A stretch of DNA of 64,000 nt from an uncultured Actinomycetota bacterium (lineage in GTDB: Bacteria > Actinomycetota > Actinomycetes > Mycobacteriales > Pseudonocardiaceae): positions 70,274 through 134,273 of the forward strand of contig CAVTOL010000038.1 of NCBI GenBank assembly GCA_963736375.1, read 5' to 3'. This document shows positions 31,721-44,105 of this stretch, piece after piece. Numbering within the stretch: the first letter of the stretch is position 1; the number at the start of each line of letters is the position of its first letter. A program made the position numbers and the translations under genes. A model generated the notes under the pieces. It did not search any database, was not told where the DNA came from, and worked only from the letters and a program-made list of their open reading frames with translations.

Positions 31721-31750
31721 GGCAGGTCCCGTGATCCACGGGAGCCTGCC
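31721..31750 (+). terminator. hairpin after glnK
   Basis: ggcaggtcccgtg-atc-cacgggagcctgcc, a 13-bp stem with one bulge, 9 nt after the stop. Confidence 0.45.
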
Positions 31751-31835
31751 CGGTCAGGGGCCCGCCGCGTCTACCCGCGGTGGGCCCCAGGCCGTCTCCC
31801 ATGAGTCAGCGATCGCGGTCTTCGCGCCCAGATGA

Positions 31836-34705
<2,870 letters not shown>

Positions 34706-34736
34706 CCCGTGTGAAGATGCCCGTCGCCGCCGTTGA

Positions 34737-35087
<351 letters not shown>

Positions 35088-35096
35088 CGGCGGCGG

Positions 35097-36410
35097 TCAG
35101 GCGGTCTCGGGCCGCGAAGGTCCTGGCCACGCCTCCGCGCGCTCCCGCACGCCGGGTTCGCCGGTGGCGTCCTCGCTGATCTCCTCCAGCTCTACGGCGT
35201 CGAGGTCGGGCTCGCCCGCGTGGGCGGTCTCGGCCGCGGCCAGCTCGATGTCGGCGGCCGCCAGCAGCCGGTGGCCGGTGGCCAGCACGGCGATGGCCAC
35301 GACGACCGCGCCCGCGCCGATCCAGAACGGCACGTGCACGCCTGCGCGCTCGGCCATGAGACCCGCCGCGAACGGGGCGAGGCCGCCGCCGATGAACCGG
35401 ATGAAGCCGTACGCGGCCGACGCCACCGGGCGCTCGACCGGCGCGACCAGCATGACGGCCTGCGTGGTCAGCGTGTTGTTCACCCCGATCATCGCGCCCG
35501 CGACGATCACGCAGACGACCAGCACGGTCGGCTGGTCGGTGAAGGCGGCGATCACGGCGAGCACGCAGGCGAACAGCGCGAGGTTGACGTAGAGCGTGGG
35601 GGCGGTGCCGAAGCGGCGCTGCAGGCGTGGAGCGACGAACACCGAGAACAGCGCCACGAGCACGCCCCACCCGAAGAACACGGCGCCGAGCTGGTAGATC
35701 GACAGGTGCATGGGGAACGGCACGTAGCCGAGCATCGTGAAGAAGCCCCAGTTGTAGAGCAGGGCGGTGAGGCCCATCGTGAGCAGGCCGCGGTGCCGCA
35801 GGGCCTTGAGCGGCGCCGACAGCGGAGCGGGCGCGACGGGGCGGGGTGTGCGTGGCACGAACAGCACCGTGGCGACCAGCGCGATCGCCATCAGCACCGA
35901 GACGCCGAAGAACGGCCCCCGCCAGCTGATGTTGCCCAGCGCGGCGCCCAGCAGCGGCCCGCACGCGATGCCGACGCCCAGCGCCGTCTCGTAGAGGACG
36001 ATCGCGCCTGCGAAGCCGCCGGTGGCGGACCCGACGATGACCGCGAGCGAGGTCGCGATGAACAGCGCGTTGCCGAGGCCCCAGCCCGCACGGAAGCCGA
36101 CGATGCCGCCGATCGTGTCGGACGCGCCCGCGAGGCCCGCGAACACGACGATCAGAATGAGCCCGGCGATGAGGGTGTTCTTGGCGCCGATCCGGCTGGA
36201 GACCCAGCCGGTCACGAGCATCGCGACGGCCGTCACGACGAGGTAGCTCGTGAACAGCAGGGTCACCTGGCTCGGCGTGGCATGCAGTTGGGTGGAGAGC
36301 GCGGGCAGGATCGGGTCGACCAGCCCGATGCCCATGAACGAGATCACGCAGGCGAAGGCGACGGCCCACACCGCCCGGGGTTGGCGGAAGGGGCTGGTCG
36401 GGGCGGTCAT
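35097..36410 (-). CDS. MFS transporter
   Basis: The real part of the 1068-aa track ORF starts at MTAPTSPFRQPRAVWAVAF.. It has about 12 hydrophobic segments and an acidic C-terminal tail. The upstream part is antisense shadow of ffh. Confidence 0.85.
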   Translation of the reverse strand: MTAPTSPFRQPRAVWAVAFACVISFMGIGLVDPILPALSTQLHATPSQVTLLFTSYLVVTAVAMLVTGWVSSRIGAKNTLIAGLILIVVFAGLAGASDTIGGIVGFRAGWGLGNALFIATSLAVIVGSATGGFAGAIVLYETALGVGIACGPLLGAALGNISWRGPFFGVSVLMAIALVATVLFVPRTPRPVAPAPLSAPLKALRHRGLLTMGLTALLYNWGFFTMLGYVPFPMHLSIYQLGAVFFGWGVLVALFSVFVAPRLQRRFGTAPTLYVNLALFACVLAVIAAFTDQPTVLVVCVIVAGAMIGVNNTLTTQAVMLVAPVERPVASAAYGFIRFIGGGLAPFAAGLMAERAGVHVPFWIGAGAVVVAIAVLATGHRLLAAADIELAAAETAHAGEPDLDAVELEEISEDATGEPGVRERAEAWPGPSRPETA

Positions 36411-36835
36411 GCGTGGAGTCCTTTCGTGACGAGTCGGGTGATGGCGCCCATGGCGGCCGCAAGCGCGGCGTGGTCGTCGGCGTCGAGGTCGTCGAGCAGC
36501 GTGGCGAGGGCCGCGGCGCGGGCCTGGCGACGTGCGGCGAGCACTGCGCGCCCGTCCTCGGTGACGCTGACCAGTACGCCGCGCCGGTCGGCGGGATCGG
36601 TGGCGCGCTCGACCAGCCCGCCCGCCACCAGCCTGCCGACGAGCCCCGTCATCGCGGGCTGCGTGACGGCCTGGGTCTCGGCGAGCTCCGTGATCCGCCG
36701 TGGTCCGTGGCGCTCGAGGTCGGCCAACGTCGCGGCGGCCACCATGCTCAGCCCGCCGCGCGGGGTGAGCCGCGGCAGCAAGGTGACGAGCCGGTCGAGC
36801 CCGCTGGCCAACTCCATGCGGTCTATCGTGAGCAT
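36407..36835 (-). CDS. MarR family transcriptional regulator
   Basis: 142 aa with a winged HTH (..ITELAETQAVTQPAMTGLVGRLVAGGLVER..DPADRRGVLVSVTEDG..). ATGA overlap with the MFS gene. Confidence 0.85.
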   Translation of the reverse strand: MLTIDRMELASGLDRLVTLLPRLTPRGGLSMVAAATLADLERHGPRRITELAETQAVTQPAMTGLVGRLVAGGLVERATDPADRRGVLVSVTEDGRAVLAARRQARAAALATLLDDLDADDHAALAAAMGAITRLVTKGLHA

Positions 36836-36908
36836 TCCTAAACCATAAGGTAGCTATGTAAGTGGCCGGGACGCCTGCTTCGTCACACCGTCCCGGTAGG
36901 CTCGAAGG

Positions 36909-38426
36909 GTGTTTGACAGCCTCTCCGAGCGCCTCTCCGGCGCGCTGGCCAACCTGCGCGGCAAGGGCAGGCTCTCCGATGCCGATATCGACGCCACCGC
37001 GCGCGAGATCCGCATCGCGCTGCTGGAGGCCGATGTCGCGTTGCCGGTTGTCCGCGCGTTCATCGCGCGGATCAAGGAGCGGGCCAAGGGCGCCGAGGTC
37101 TCCGGTGCTCTGAACCCGGCGCAGCAGGTCGTCAAGATCGTCAACGAAGAGCTCATCGCGATCCTCGGCGGCGAAACACGGCGGCTGCGGCTGGCCAAGG
37201 AACCGCCGAGTGTGATCATGCTCGCGGGTCTGCAGGGCTCCGGCAAGACCACGCTCGCGGGCAAGCTCGGCGCGTGGCTCAAGGGGCAGGGCCACACGCC
37301 GTTGCTGGTGGCGTGCGACCTGCAGCGGCCCAACGCGGTCAACCAGCTGCAGATCGTCGGCGAGCGGGCCGGGGTGCCCACCTTTGCTCCCGAACCCGGC
37401 AACGGGGTAGGCGACCCGGTCGACGTCGCACGGCGGGGCATCGCGTACGCCCGCGACAAGCACTACGACGTCGTCGTCGTCGACACGGCGGGTCGGCTCG
37501 GTGTCGACAGCGAGCTGATGCGGCAGGCGTCGGACATCCGCGACGCCGTGCGCCCCGACGAGATCCTGTTCGTCCTCGACGCCATGGTCGGCCAGGACGC
37601 CGTCACCACGGCCGAGGCGTTCCGCGACGGCGTCGGCTTCACCGGTGTCGTGCTCACCAAGCTCGACGGCGACGCCCGCGGCGGTGCCGCGCTCTCGGTG
37701 CGCGAGGTCACCGGGGTGCCGATCCTCTTCGCGTCCAACGGCGAGAAGCTCGCCGACTTCGACGTCTTCCACCCCGACCGGATGGCCTCCCGCATCCTCG
37801 GCATGGGCGATCTGCTCACGCTCATCGAGCAGGCCGAGCAGGCGTTCGACGCCGATCAGGCCGCGGCGACCGCGGCCAAGATGGGCGCAGGCGACCTCAC
37901 GCTCGAGGACTTCCTCGGCCAGATGCTCGCGATCCGCAAGATGGGCCCGATCGGCAACATCCTCGGCATGCTTCCCGGGGCGAACAGCGGCCAGATGAAG
38001 GATGCGCTCGCCCAGGTCGACGATAAGCAGCTCGACCGCCTCCAGGCCATCATCCGCGGCATGACGCCAGCAGAGCGGGCCGATCCGAAGATCATCAACG
38101 GGTCGCGGCGGCTGCGCATCGCCAACGGCTCGGGTGTCGCGGTCGGTGACGTCAACGACCTGGTCAACCGGTTCTTCGAGGCCCGCAAGATGATGAAGCA
38201 GATGGCCGGGCAGTTCGGCTTCGGCGCACGCAGCGCCACGCGGCGGCAGGCCAAGTCGCGCAAGGGCAAGAAGCAGCAGCAGAAGGGGCGCGGGCCGCGC
38301 CAAGGGCCTGCTCGCACGCCCGACCTGACCGGGCTCCCGCCGTCGCTGCAGCAGCTGCCGCCGGGGCTCGACCAGCTACCTGCGGACTTCGATCTGTCGA
38401 AGCTGAAGTTCCCGAAGGGGAAGTAG
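36909..38426 (+). CDS. ffh: signal recognition particle protein Ffh
   Basis: MFDSLSERLSGALANLRGKGRL.., GLQGSGKTT, DTAGR, TKLDGD, and an M domain with a basic C-terminal tail. Confidence 0.95.
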   Translation: MFDSLSERLSGALANLRGKGRLSDADIDATAREIRIALLEADVALPVVRAFIARIKERAKGAEVSGALNPAQQVVKIVNEELIAILGGETRRLRLAKEPPSVIMLAGLQGSGKTTLAGKLGAWLKGQGHTPLLVACDLQRPNAVNQLQIVGERAGVPTFAPEPGNGVGDPVDVARRGIAYARDKHYDVVVVDTAGRLGVDSELMRQASDIRDAVRPDEILFVLDAMVGQDAVTTAEAFRDGVGFTGVVLTKLDGDARGGAALSVREVTGVPILFASNGEKLADFDVFHPDRMASRILGMGDLLTLIEQAEQAFDADQAAATAAKMGAGDLTLEDFLGQMLAIRKMGPIGNILGMLPGANSGQMKDALAQVDDKQLDRLQAIIRGMTPAERADPKIINGSRRLRIANGSGVAVGDVNDLVNRFFEARKMMKQMAGQFGFGARSATRRQAKSRKGKKQQQKGRGPRQGPARTPDLTGLPPSLQQLPPGLDQLPADFDLSKLKFPKGK

Positions 38427-39500
38427 GTGTACCGGCTGCGCGGTGTGGCGCTGCCGTCCGAAGAATCGGTGTCCTTCTGGGTCGACGCGTCCGGGCTACT
38501 GACCGACGAACCGATCACGGGCGCCGAGCTGCTGGTCGACGGGGGGTGGATCCTACCGGGGCTCGTCGATGCGCACTGCCACATCGGGCTCGGCCCCGAC
38601 GGGCCGGTCACGCTCGACGAGGCCGACGCGCAGGCCCGCGTCGACCGCGATGCGGGCGCGCTCCTGCTGCGCGACTGCGGCTCACCGCTGGACACCACGC
38701 CGCTGCAAGCCCGCGACGACCTCCCGGAGATCATCCGCGCGGGGAGGCACCTGGCGCGGCCCAAGCGCTACGTCCGCGGGGTGTCCATCGACCTCGACGA
38801 TCCAGGGCTGCTACCCGAGGTCGTCGCCGAGCAGGCGGCGGCGGGCGACGGCTGGGTCAAGCTCGTGGGGGACTGGATCGACAGGGGCGAGGGCGACCTC
38901 GCGCCGGTCTGGCCCGACGACGTGCTGGCCGCGGCCATGGACGCCGCGCACACAGCGGGCGCGCGGGTCACGGCGCACGTGTTCGGCACCACCGCGCTGC
39001 CCGGCCTGATCGGCGCGGGCATCGACTGCATCGAGCACGGCACCGGGCTCACCGACGACCTGATCGCCGAGATGGCCCGCCGCGGCACCGCGCTGGTCCC
39101 CACACTGATCAACGTGGAGACGTTCCCAGGGATCGCCGATTCCGCGGCGCGCTTTCCCGCGTACGCCGCGCACATGCGCGCATTGCACGCAGGCGCGGCC
39201 GACGTCGTCCGGCGGGCGGTCGAGGCGGGGGTGGCCGTCTACGCGGGCACCGACGCGGGCGGCTCGCTCGCGCACGGCCGGATCGCCGACGAGGTCGTCG
39301 CGCTGCACGCCGCAGGCCATCCGGACGCCGTCGGCGCGGCCAGCTGGGCGGCGCGGGAGTGGTTGGGTCGCCCGTCGCTTCGCGCGGGCCACCCTGCCGA
39401 CCTGGCCATCTACGGCGACGACCCGCGCACCAACCCGGCGGTTCTTCGGGACCCGGTGTTGGTGATGCGCCGCGGCCGCCCGCTGTTCGCGCGGCCCTGA
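38427..39500 (+). CDS. amidohydrolase family protein
   Basis: ..LPGLVDAHCHIGLG.. metal-binding motif, ..TAHVFG.., ..CIEHG... It starts directly after the ffh stop. Confidence 0.8.
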   Translation: MYRLRGVALPSEESVSFWVDASGLLTDEPITGAELLVDGGWILPGLVDAHCHIGLGPDGPVTLDEADAQARVDRDAGALLLRDCGSPLDTTPLQARDDLPEIIRAGRHLARPKRYVRGVSIDLDDPGLLPEVVAEQAAAGDGWVKLVGDWIDRGEGDLAPVWPDDVLAAAMDAAHTAGARVTAHVFGTTALPGLIGAGIDCIEHGTGLTDDLIAEMARRGTALVPTLINVETFPGIADSAARFPAYAAHMRALHAGAADVVRRAVEAGVAVYAGTDAGGSLAHGRIADEVVALHAAGHPDAVGAASWAAREWLGRPSLRAGHPADLAIYGDDPRTNPAVLRDPVLVMRRGRPLFARP

Positions 39501-39595
39501 GCGCGCGCCGATGCCTGCGTACGGGTTGGGCGCCGTGGTGTGGTCTTGACGGCCGTCCGCCACCCCCGCAGCGGGCGGCCGGTAGCGTCGAACGT

Positions 39596-40732
39596 GTGAC
39601 GGGCGCGGAGGACACGGGCACCGGCTCGCAGGAGGGCCGCGGCCCTGACGCCGAATTCGCGCCGGGGCGGCATCCCGCTGCGGCCGACATCCCGGCGACC
39701 GCCGATGCGTGGCAGCCGCACGCCCCCCCGGCCGACCTCCGACCGGCCACCGTGCCGACGGAAATCGCCCCGCCGCCGCCTGCGGACGTACCGGCCACGG
39801 CTGCCGCGCCGCCAGTGGGTCTGCCTACCGGCGCGGCGGCATCGCCCGAGGCGCTTCCGGCCATCACGGCAACTCCGCCTGAGGCGCAGCTAGACGCGCC
39901 GCTGGCGCCTGGGATGGCACCGTGGGGGGTCCCGGCCCCCATCAGGCCGCAGATGTCGGGGGGAGCAGGCCCGCGCAACGGGTGGGGGCCACCTCCGGTC
40001 CCCGGCCGTAGCGGGATTTTCGGCCCGCCGCACCCACCCCGGCCGCCCCATCGGTGGGGGCTCGGCGCCTACTTCCTCGTTGAGGCCGTGTTCTTGCTGG
40101 TCTCGGCCCTGCTGGCGTACGCGTTCGCCGGGCGGCTCACGTCCTCGGCGGGGGCGGTTGCCGTGGCGCTCGCGGTGCCCACAGTCTGCGCAGCCGCGTT
40201 GGCGGCACTGATCACGCAGATCCGGGGCAACGGGCCCCGCATCGACCTCGGGCTCACGATGAACCGCCGCGACGTCGTCGTCGGCGGGGCCTGCGGCCTG
40301 GCCGGACTCATGATCACCATCCCGGCGTCCGTGCTCTACGTCGCGATCGCAGGCGCCGATGCCACCTCGTCCGTGGGGGAGGCGCTCGGCGCCGTGCGCT
40401 CGAGCCCGATCCTCGCCGTGACGATCTTCGTGATCGTGGTGTTCGTCGCACCGCTCTGCGAGGAGATCGTGTACCGCGGGCTGCTCTGGGGGGCCGTCGA
40501 GCGGCTGGGCGCCAACCGCTGGTGGGCCCTCGGCGTCACGACCTTCGTCTTCGCGCTCGCCCATTTCGAGTTTTCCCGCACCCCGCTGCTGCTGGTGGTG
40601 GCCATCCCGATCGGCATCGCTCGCGTGATCACCGGACGGCTGCCTGCAGGCGTCATCGCCCACCAGATCAACAACCTTCTGCCGGGACTCGTGCTGATGC
40701 TGGGCCTGCTCGGCGTCGTCCCGATGACCTGA
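39596..40732 (+). CDS. CPBP family intramembrane glutamic endopeptidase with Pro-rich N-terminal region
   Basis: C-terminal ..APLCEEIVYRGLLW.. and ..FVFALAHF.. (EExxxR / FxxxH motifs) with multiple TM segments. The start is uncertain (GTG 39596 chosen). Confidence 0.7.
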   Translation: MTGAEDTGTGSQEGRGPDAEFAPGRHPAAADIPATADAWQPHAPPADLRPATVPTEIAPPPPADVPATAAAPPVGLPTGAAASPEALPAITATPPEAQLDAPLAPGMAPWGVPAPIRPQMSGGAGPRNGWGPPPVPGRSGIFGPPHPPRPPHRWGLGAYFLVEAVFLLVSALLAYAFAGRLTSSAGAVAVALAVPTVCAAALAALITQIRGNGPRIDLGLTMNRRDVVVGGACGLAGLMITIPASVLYVAIAGADATSSVGEALGAVRSSPILAVTIFVIVVFVAPLCEEIVYRGLLWGAVERLGANRWWALGVTTFVFALAHFEFSRTPLLLVVAIPIGIARVITGRLPAGVIAHQINNLLPGLVLMLGLLGVVPMT

Positions 40733-40777
40733 ATCGGCATCCGGTCTGGCGCCTCCTTCGTCGGCGCTTCCATCCCC

Positions 40778-40783
40778 TACAAT
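40778..40783 (+). promoter_or_regulatory. candidate -10 hexamer TACAAT for the rpsP operon
   Basis: Consensus-like TACAAT in an otherwise GC-rich intergenic region, 130 nt upstream of the rpsP start. The -35 is weak. Confidence 0.3.
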
Positions 40784-40913
40784 GACCCATCAGGTCCGTG
40801 GCTGGCCCTCTACCCGTGCCGCGGCCGTCAGACGTCGAGACGCGCAGCCGTAACCCCACGCGGTCGTCGCGGCTCATTGGAGAAGTTCGTATTCACGAGG
40901 AGCACCAAGCAGC

Positions 40914-41372
40914 GTGGCCGTCAAGATCAAGCTGATGCGGTTGGGCAAGATCCGTCAGCCGTACTACCGCGTCGTCGTCGCAGATGCCCGCACCCGCCGC
41001 AGCGGGCGGGCCATCGAGACCATCGGCAAGTACCACCCGAAGCTGGAGCCGAGCCTCATCGAGATCGACTCGGAGCGGGCTCAGTACTGGCTGGGCGTCG
41101 GCGCCCAGCCCACCGAGCCGGTCCAGCACCTGTTGGAGATCACGGGCGACTGGCAGAAGTTCAAGGGCCTCCCCGGCGCCGAGGGCACCCTCAAGCCGCA
41201 GCCAGCCAAGCGCGACAAGCTCGCACTGTTCAACGCGGCTCTGGCCGCCGCGGGCGAGGAGCCGACCACCGAGGCCACCACGCCGCGGAAGAAGGCCGAA
41301 CGCCGTCCGAAGGCCGAGGACGCCCCCGAAACAAGCTCCGAACCGTCGACTGACGCGCCCGCCGAGTCGTGA
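40914..41372 (+). CDS. rpsP: 30S ribosomal protein S16 (with C-terminal extension)
   Basis: (V)[41 protein letters not shown].. Confidence 0.95.
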   Translation: MAVKIKLMRLGKIRQPYYRVVVADARTRRSGRAIETIGKYHPKLEPSLIEIDSERAQYWLGVGAQPTEPVQHLLEITGDWQKFKGLPGAEGTLKPQPAKRDKLALFNAALAAAGEEPTTEATTPRKKAERRPKAEDAPETSSEPSTDAPAES

Positions 41373-41403
41373 GGCTCGGCCGCATCCTTCCTGCGGAGGC
41401 ATC

Positions 41404-41646
41404 GTGAGCGTCGTCCTCGCCGACGCGCTGGAGCATCTCGTCCGGGGCATCGTTGACCATCCCGACGAGGTGCGGGTCGACCTCGTCACCACGCGCCGCG
41501 GCCGCACCCTTGAGGTCCGGGTTCACCCCGACGACCTCGGCAAGGTGATCGGCCGCGGCGGGCGCACGGCGACGGCGCTGCGCACGGTCGTGGGCGGCAT
41601 CGGCGGCCGGGGCGTGCGGGTCGATGTCGTCGACACCGACCGGTAA
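41404..41646 (+). CDS. KH-domain RNA-binding protein (YlqC/UPF0109)
   Basis: ..RVHPDDLGKVIGRGGRTATALRTVV.. KH GxxG motif, 80 aa, between rpsP and rimM. Confidence 0.85.
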   Translation: MSVVLADALEHLVRGIVDHPDEVRVDLVTTRRGRTLEVRVHPDDLGKVIGRGGRTATALRTVVGGIGGRGVRVDVVDTDR

Positions 41647-42166
41647 CGCAGCCGAACTGCTCCTCGCGGGCGTCGTCGTGCGGGCCCACGGCCTGCATGG
41701 CGAGGTCGTCGTCGACGTGCGCACCGATTCGCCCGACGCCCGGTTCGCCGACGGTGCCGTGCTGGTCGCACAGCGGCCCGGCGCGCCGGAGGGGGTACTG
41801 ACGATCGCGTCGGTCCGTCCGCACTCCGGCAAGCTGCTCGTGCGTTTCGTCGAGACGCCCGACCGCACCGCGGCCGAAGCCCTGCGCGGCACCCGGCTGC
41901 TCGTGGCCGCGGCGAGTCTGCCGCCGCCCGATGACCCCGACGAGTTCCACGTCCACCAGCTTGAGGGCTTGCGCGCCGAGTTGGTGGACGGGGTCGTCGT
42001 CGGCACGGTCGCCGACGTGATCCACGGCCCGGGCGGCGAGCTGCTCGTCCTACGCCGCCCCGACGCCCCCGATGCGCTCGTGCCGTTCGTGCGGGCGATC
42101 GTCCCGACCGTCGACCTCGCGGGCGGCCGGGTCGTCCTCACGCCCCCCGAGGGCCTTCTGGACTGA
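41624..42166 (+). CDS. rimM: ribosome maturation factor RimM
   Basis: ..LLAGVVVRAHGLHGEVVVDVRTDSP.. and a C-terminal PRC barrel. The start is uncertain. Confidence 0.88.
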   Translation: MSSTPTGNAAELLLAGVVVRAHGLHGEVVVDVRTDSPDARFADGAVLVAQRPGAPEGVLTIASVRPHSGKLLVRFVETPDRTAAEALRGTRLLVAAASLPPPDDPDEFHVHQLEGLRAELVDGVVVGTVADVIHGPGGELLVLRRPDAPDALVPFVRAIVPTVDLAGGRVVLTPPEGLLD

Positions 42167-42581
42167 CGGCGGGCCGCACCATCGCGGTGGCGTCCGGCGC
42201 GTCGAAACCGAAGCGCGCGTAGAGGCCGTGCGCGTCCGCCGTGAACAACGTCCAGCGGAAAGCACGCCCCGGACCGTCCTCGATCATCGTACGGACGAGC
42301 GCCGTGCCGACACCTGCGCCGCGTGCCGCGGCCTCCACGTAGACGTCGGCGAGGTAGGCGAACGCCACGCCGTCCGACACCGCCCGCGCGAAGCCGACGG
42401 TCGCGCCGTCGCCGTCGTAGACGCCCATCACCCGCCACGCCTGGTCGATCTGTGCCTCGACGTCGGCCCGGCGGCGGTCGCGTCCCCAGTAAGCCTCGGT
42501 CGAGAGGAACCGCCAGACGGCGTCGCGGTCGACCCGCGCCTTGTCGTCGTCGATCTCGTAGCCGCCGACGGTGACGATCAT
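42138..42581 (-). CDS. GNAT family N-acetyltransferase
   Basis: 147 aa with ..YLADVYVEAAARGAGVGTALV.. (acetyl-CoA motif A-like) and ..GLYARFGF... Its 3' end overlaps the rimM 3' end by 29 bp. Confidence 0.8.
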   Translation of the reverse strand: MIVTVGGYEIDDDKARVDRDAVWRFLSTEAYWGRDRRRADVEAQIDQAWRVMGVYDGDGATVGFARAVSDGVAFAYLADVYVEAAARGAGVGTALVRTMIEDGPGRAFRWTLFTADAHGLYARFGFDAPDATAMVRPAVSPEGPRGA

Positions 42582-42654
42582 CCCGCCAGCATCGCACTGT
42601 CAACCTCGGTTGACGCCGACGCGTCGTACACGCGCCCGGGAGCGGCATTCGTCG

Positions 42655-42888
42655 ATGATCGGGTCCGAGCACCTGCTGCTCGGGTTGTTGCACGGCGGTC
42701 GCGCCCGCGACGTGCTGGTCGCACGGGGGGCCGGGCTCGACGGCGCCGCCGCACTGGTTGAGGAGCTCGTGCGCAAGCGCCGGGCGGGTGGAGGCAACGT
42801 GCGGGTGGCCACCGCACTAGGCCAGGATCGTTCCGGTGCGCATCGACGTCGTGACGATCTTTCCGGGCTATCTGGCGCCCCTGCGTGA
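42655..42888 (+). pseudogene. possible remnant of a Clp N-terminal (Clp_R) repeat protein
   Basis: MIGSEHLLLGLLHGGRARDVLVARGAGLDGAAALVEELV resembles one ClpB/ClpC N-domain repeat (IGTEHLLLGLL...). The rest is non-homologous and runs into trmD. Confidence 0.3.
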
Positions 42889-43627
42889 GGCGCTGCCGGG
42901 TCGGGCGATCGAGACCGGGCTTGTCGACCTCGCCGTGCACGATCTGCGCTCGTGGACCCACGACGTGCACCAGGCGGTCGACGATGCCCCCTACGGCGGG
43001 GGGCCCGGCATGGTGATGCGCCCGCAGGTGTGGGGGGAGGCGCTCGATGCCGTGCTGGCCGCGGGGCCGCCGGGCCGACTGGTGGTGCCCACGCCTGCAG
43101 GCAGGCCATTCACGCAGGCCACCGCGCGGGAGTGGGCCACCGCGGACCGGATCGTGTTCGCCTGCGGTCGGTACGAGGGGATCGACCAACGCGTGGTGGA
43201 GCACTTCGCGCCGGTCGAGGAGGTCAGCATCGGCGACTACGTGCTGGTCGGGGGCGAGGTCGCGGTGCTCGTGATGGTCGAGGCGGTCGTGCGGCTGCTC
43301 CCCGGCGTGCTCGGCAACCCGCAGTCCGCGGCGCAGGACTCCTTCTCCGACGGGCTGCTCGAAGGCCCTGCCTACACGCGTCCGGAGAGCTGGCGCGGCC
43401 TCACCGTGCCCGAGGTGCTGCGCGGCGGCAACCATGCCGCGATCGCCCGATGGCGGCGCGACCGCGCGCTGGAGCGCACCGCCACACGCAGGCCCGATCT
43501 CCTCGCCGCCCTGCCGCCCGAGGCCCTCGACGCCGCCGACCGCGTGTTCCTGGCGGGGATCGGCGCGGCCGGGAGCGAGGATCCCTCCGCCGACGACGTC
43601 GAGGGATCGGCCCGGCGGAGATACTGA
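42836..43627 (+). CDS. trmD: tRNA (guanine37-N1)-methyltransferase
   Basis: [39 protein letters not shown].. Confidence 0.95.
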   Translation: MRIDVVTIFPGYLAPLREALPGRAIETGLVDLAVHDLRSWTHDVHQAVDDAPYGGGPGMVMRPQVWGEALDAVLAAGPPGRLVVPTPAGRPFTQATAREWATADRIVFACGRYEGIDQRVVEHFAPVEEVSIGDYVLVGGEVAVLVMVEAVVRLLPGVLGNPQSAAQDSFSDGLLEGPAYTRPESWRGLTVPEVLRGGNHAAIARWRRDRALERTATRRPDLLAALPPEALDAADRVFLAGIGAAGSEDPSADDVEGSARRRY

Positions 43628-43717
43628 CCGGAACGTCTGGCATCATGGTGGGCAAGCTCGCGCCCGTCGGGCGCTTTCCGAGCATGCCCTGCAGTTGATA
43701 CCGAACGGAACTTCGCG

Positions 43718-44077
43718 ATGAACACCCTGGACGCACTGGACGCGCAGACGTTGCGCTCCGACATCCCCGCCTTCCGCCCGGGTGACACGCTCAAGGTGCA
43801 CGTCAAGGTCATCGAGGGCAACCGGTCGCGCATCCAGGTGTTCCAGGGTGTCGTGATCCGCAGGCACGGCGCGGGTGCCAGGGAGACCTTCACGGTCCGC
43901 AAGATCTCGTTCGGGGTCGGCGTCGAGCGCACCTTCCCGGTGCACTCGCCGAACATCGACCGGATCGAGGTCGCCACCCGCGGCGACGTCCGTCGCGCCA
44001 AGCTCTACTACCTGCGCGACCTGCGCGGGAAGGCCGCCAAGATCAAGGAGAAGCGCGAGACCCCGTCGGCGTCCTGA
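43718..44077 (+). CDS. rplS: 50S ribosomal protein L19
   Basis: ..[49 protein letters not shown].. Confidence 0.95.
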   Translation: MNTLDALDAQTLRSDIPAFRPGDTLKVHVKVIEGNRSRIQVFQGVVIRRHGAGARETFTVRKISFGVGVERTFPVHSPNIDRIEVATRGDVRRAKLYYLRDLRGKAAKIKEKRETPSAS

Positions 44078-44105
44078 CCGCACGGCACGGTTCGGCGTAG
44101 CCTTC

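Noticed and set aside
35097-38303. 1068-aa minus-strand ORF spanning the MFS gene, marR and all of ffh
   Set aside because: Only the 3' third (35097-36410) has membrane-transporter character. The remainder is Arg/Pro/Gly-rich shadow of the clearly homologous + strand ffh and the separate-frame marR. This is typical of stop-codon-poor high-GC DNA.
38546-40732. 728-aa ORF covering the amidohydrolase region and the CPBP protease
   Set aside because: The 5' 350 codons are an alternative-frame shadow of the amidohydrolase gene (38427-39500). Only the part from about 39596 is plausible.
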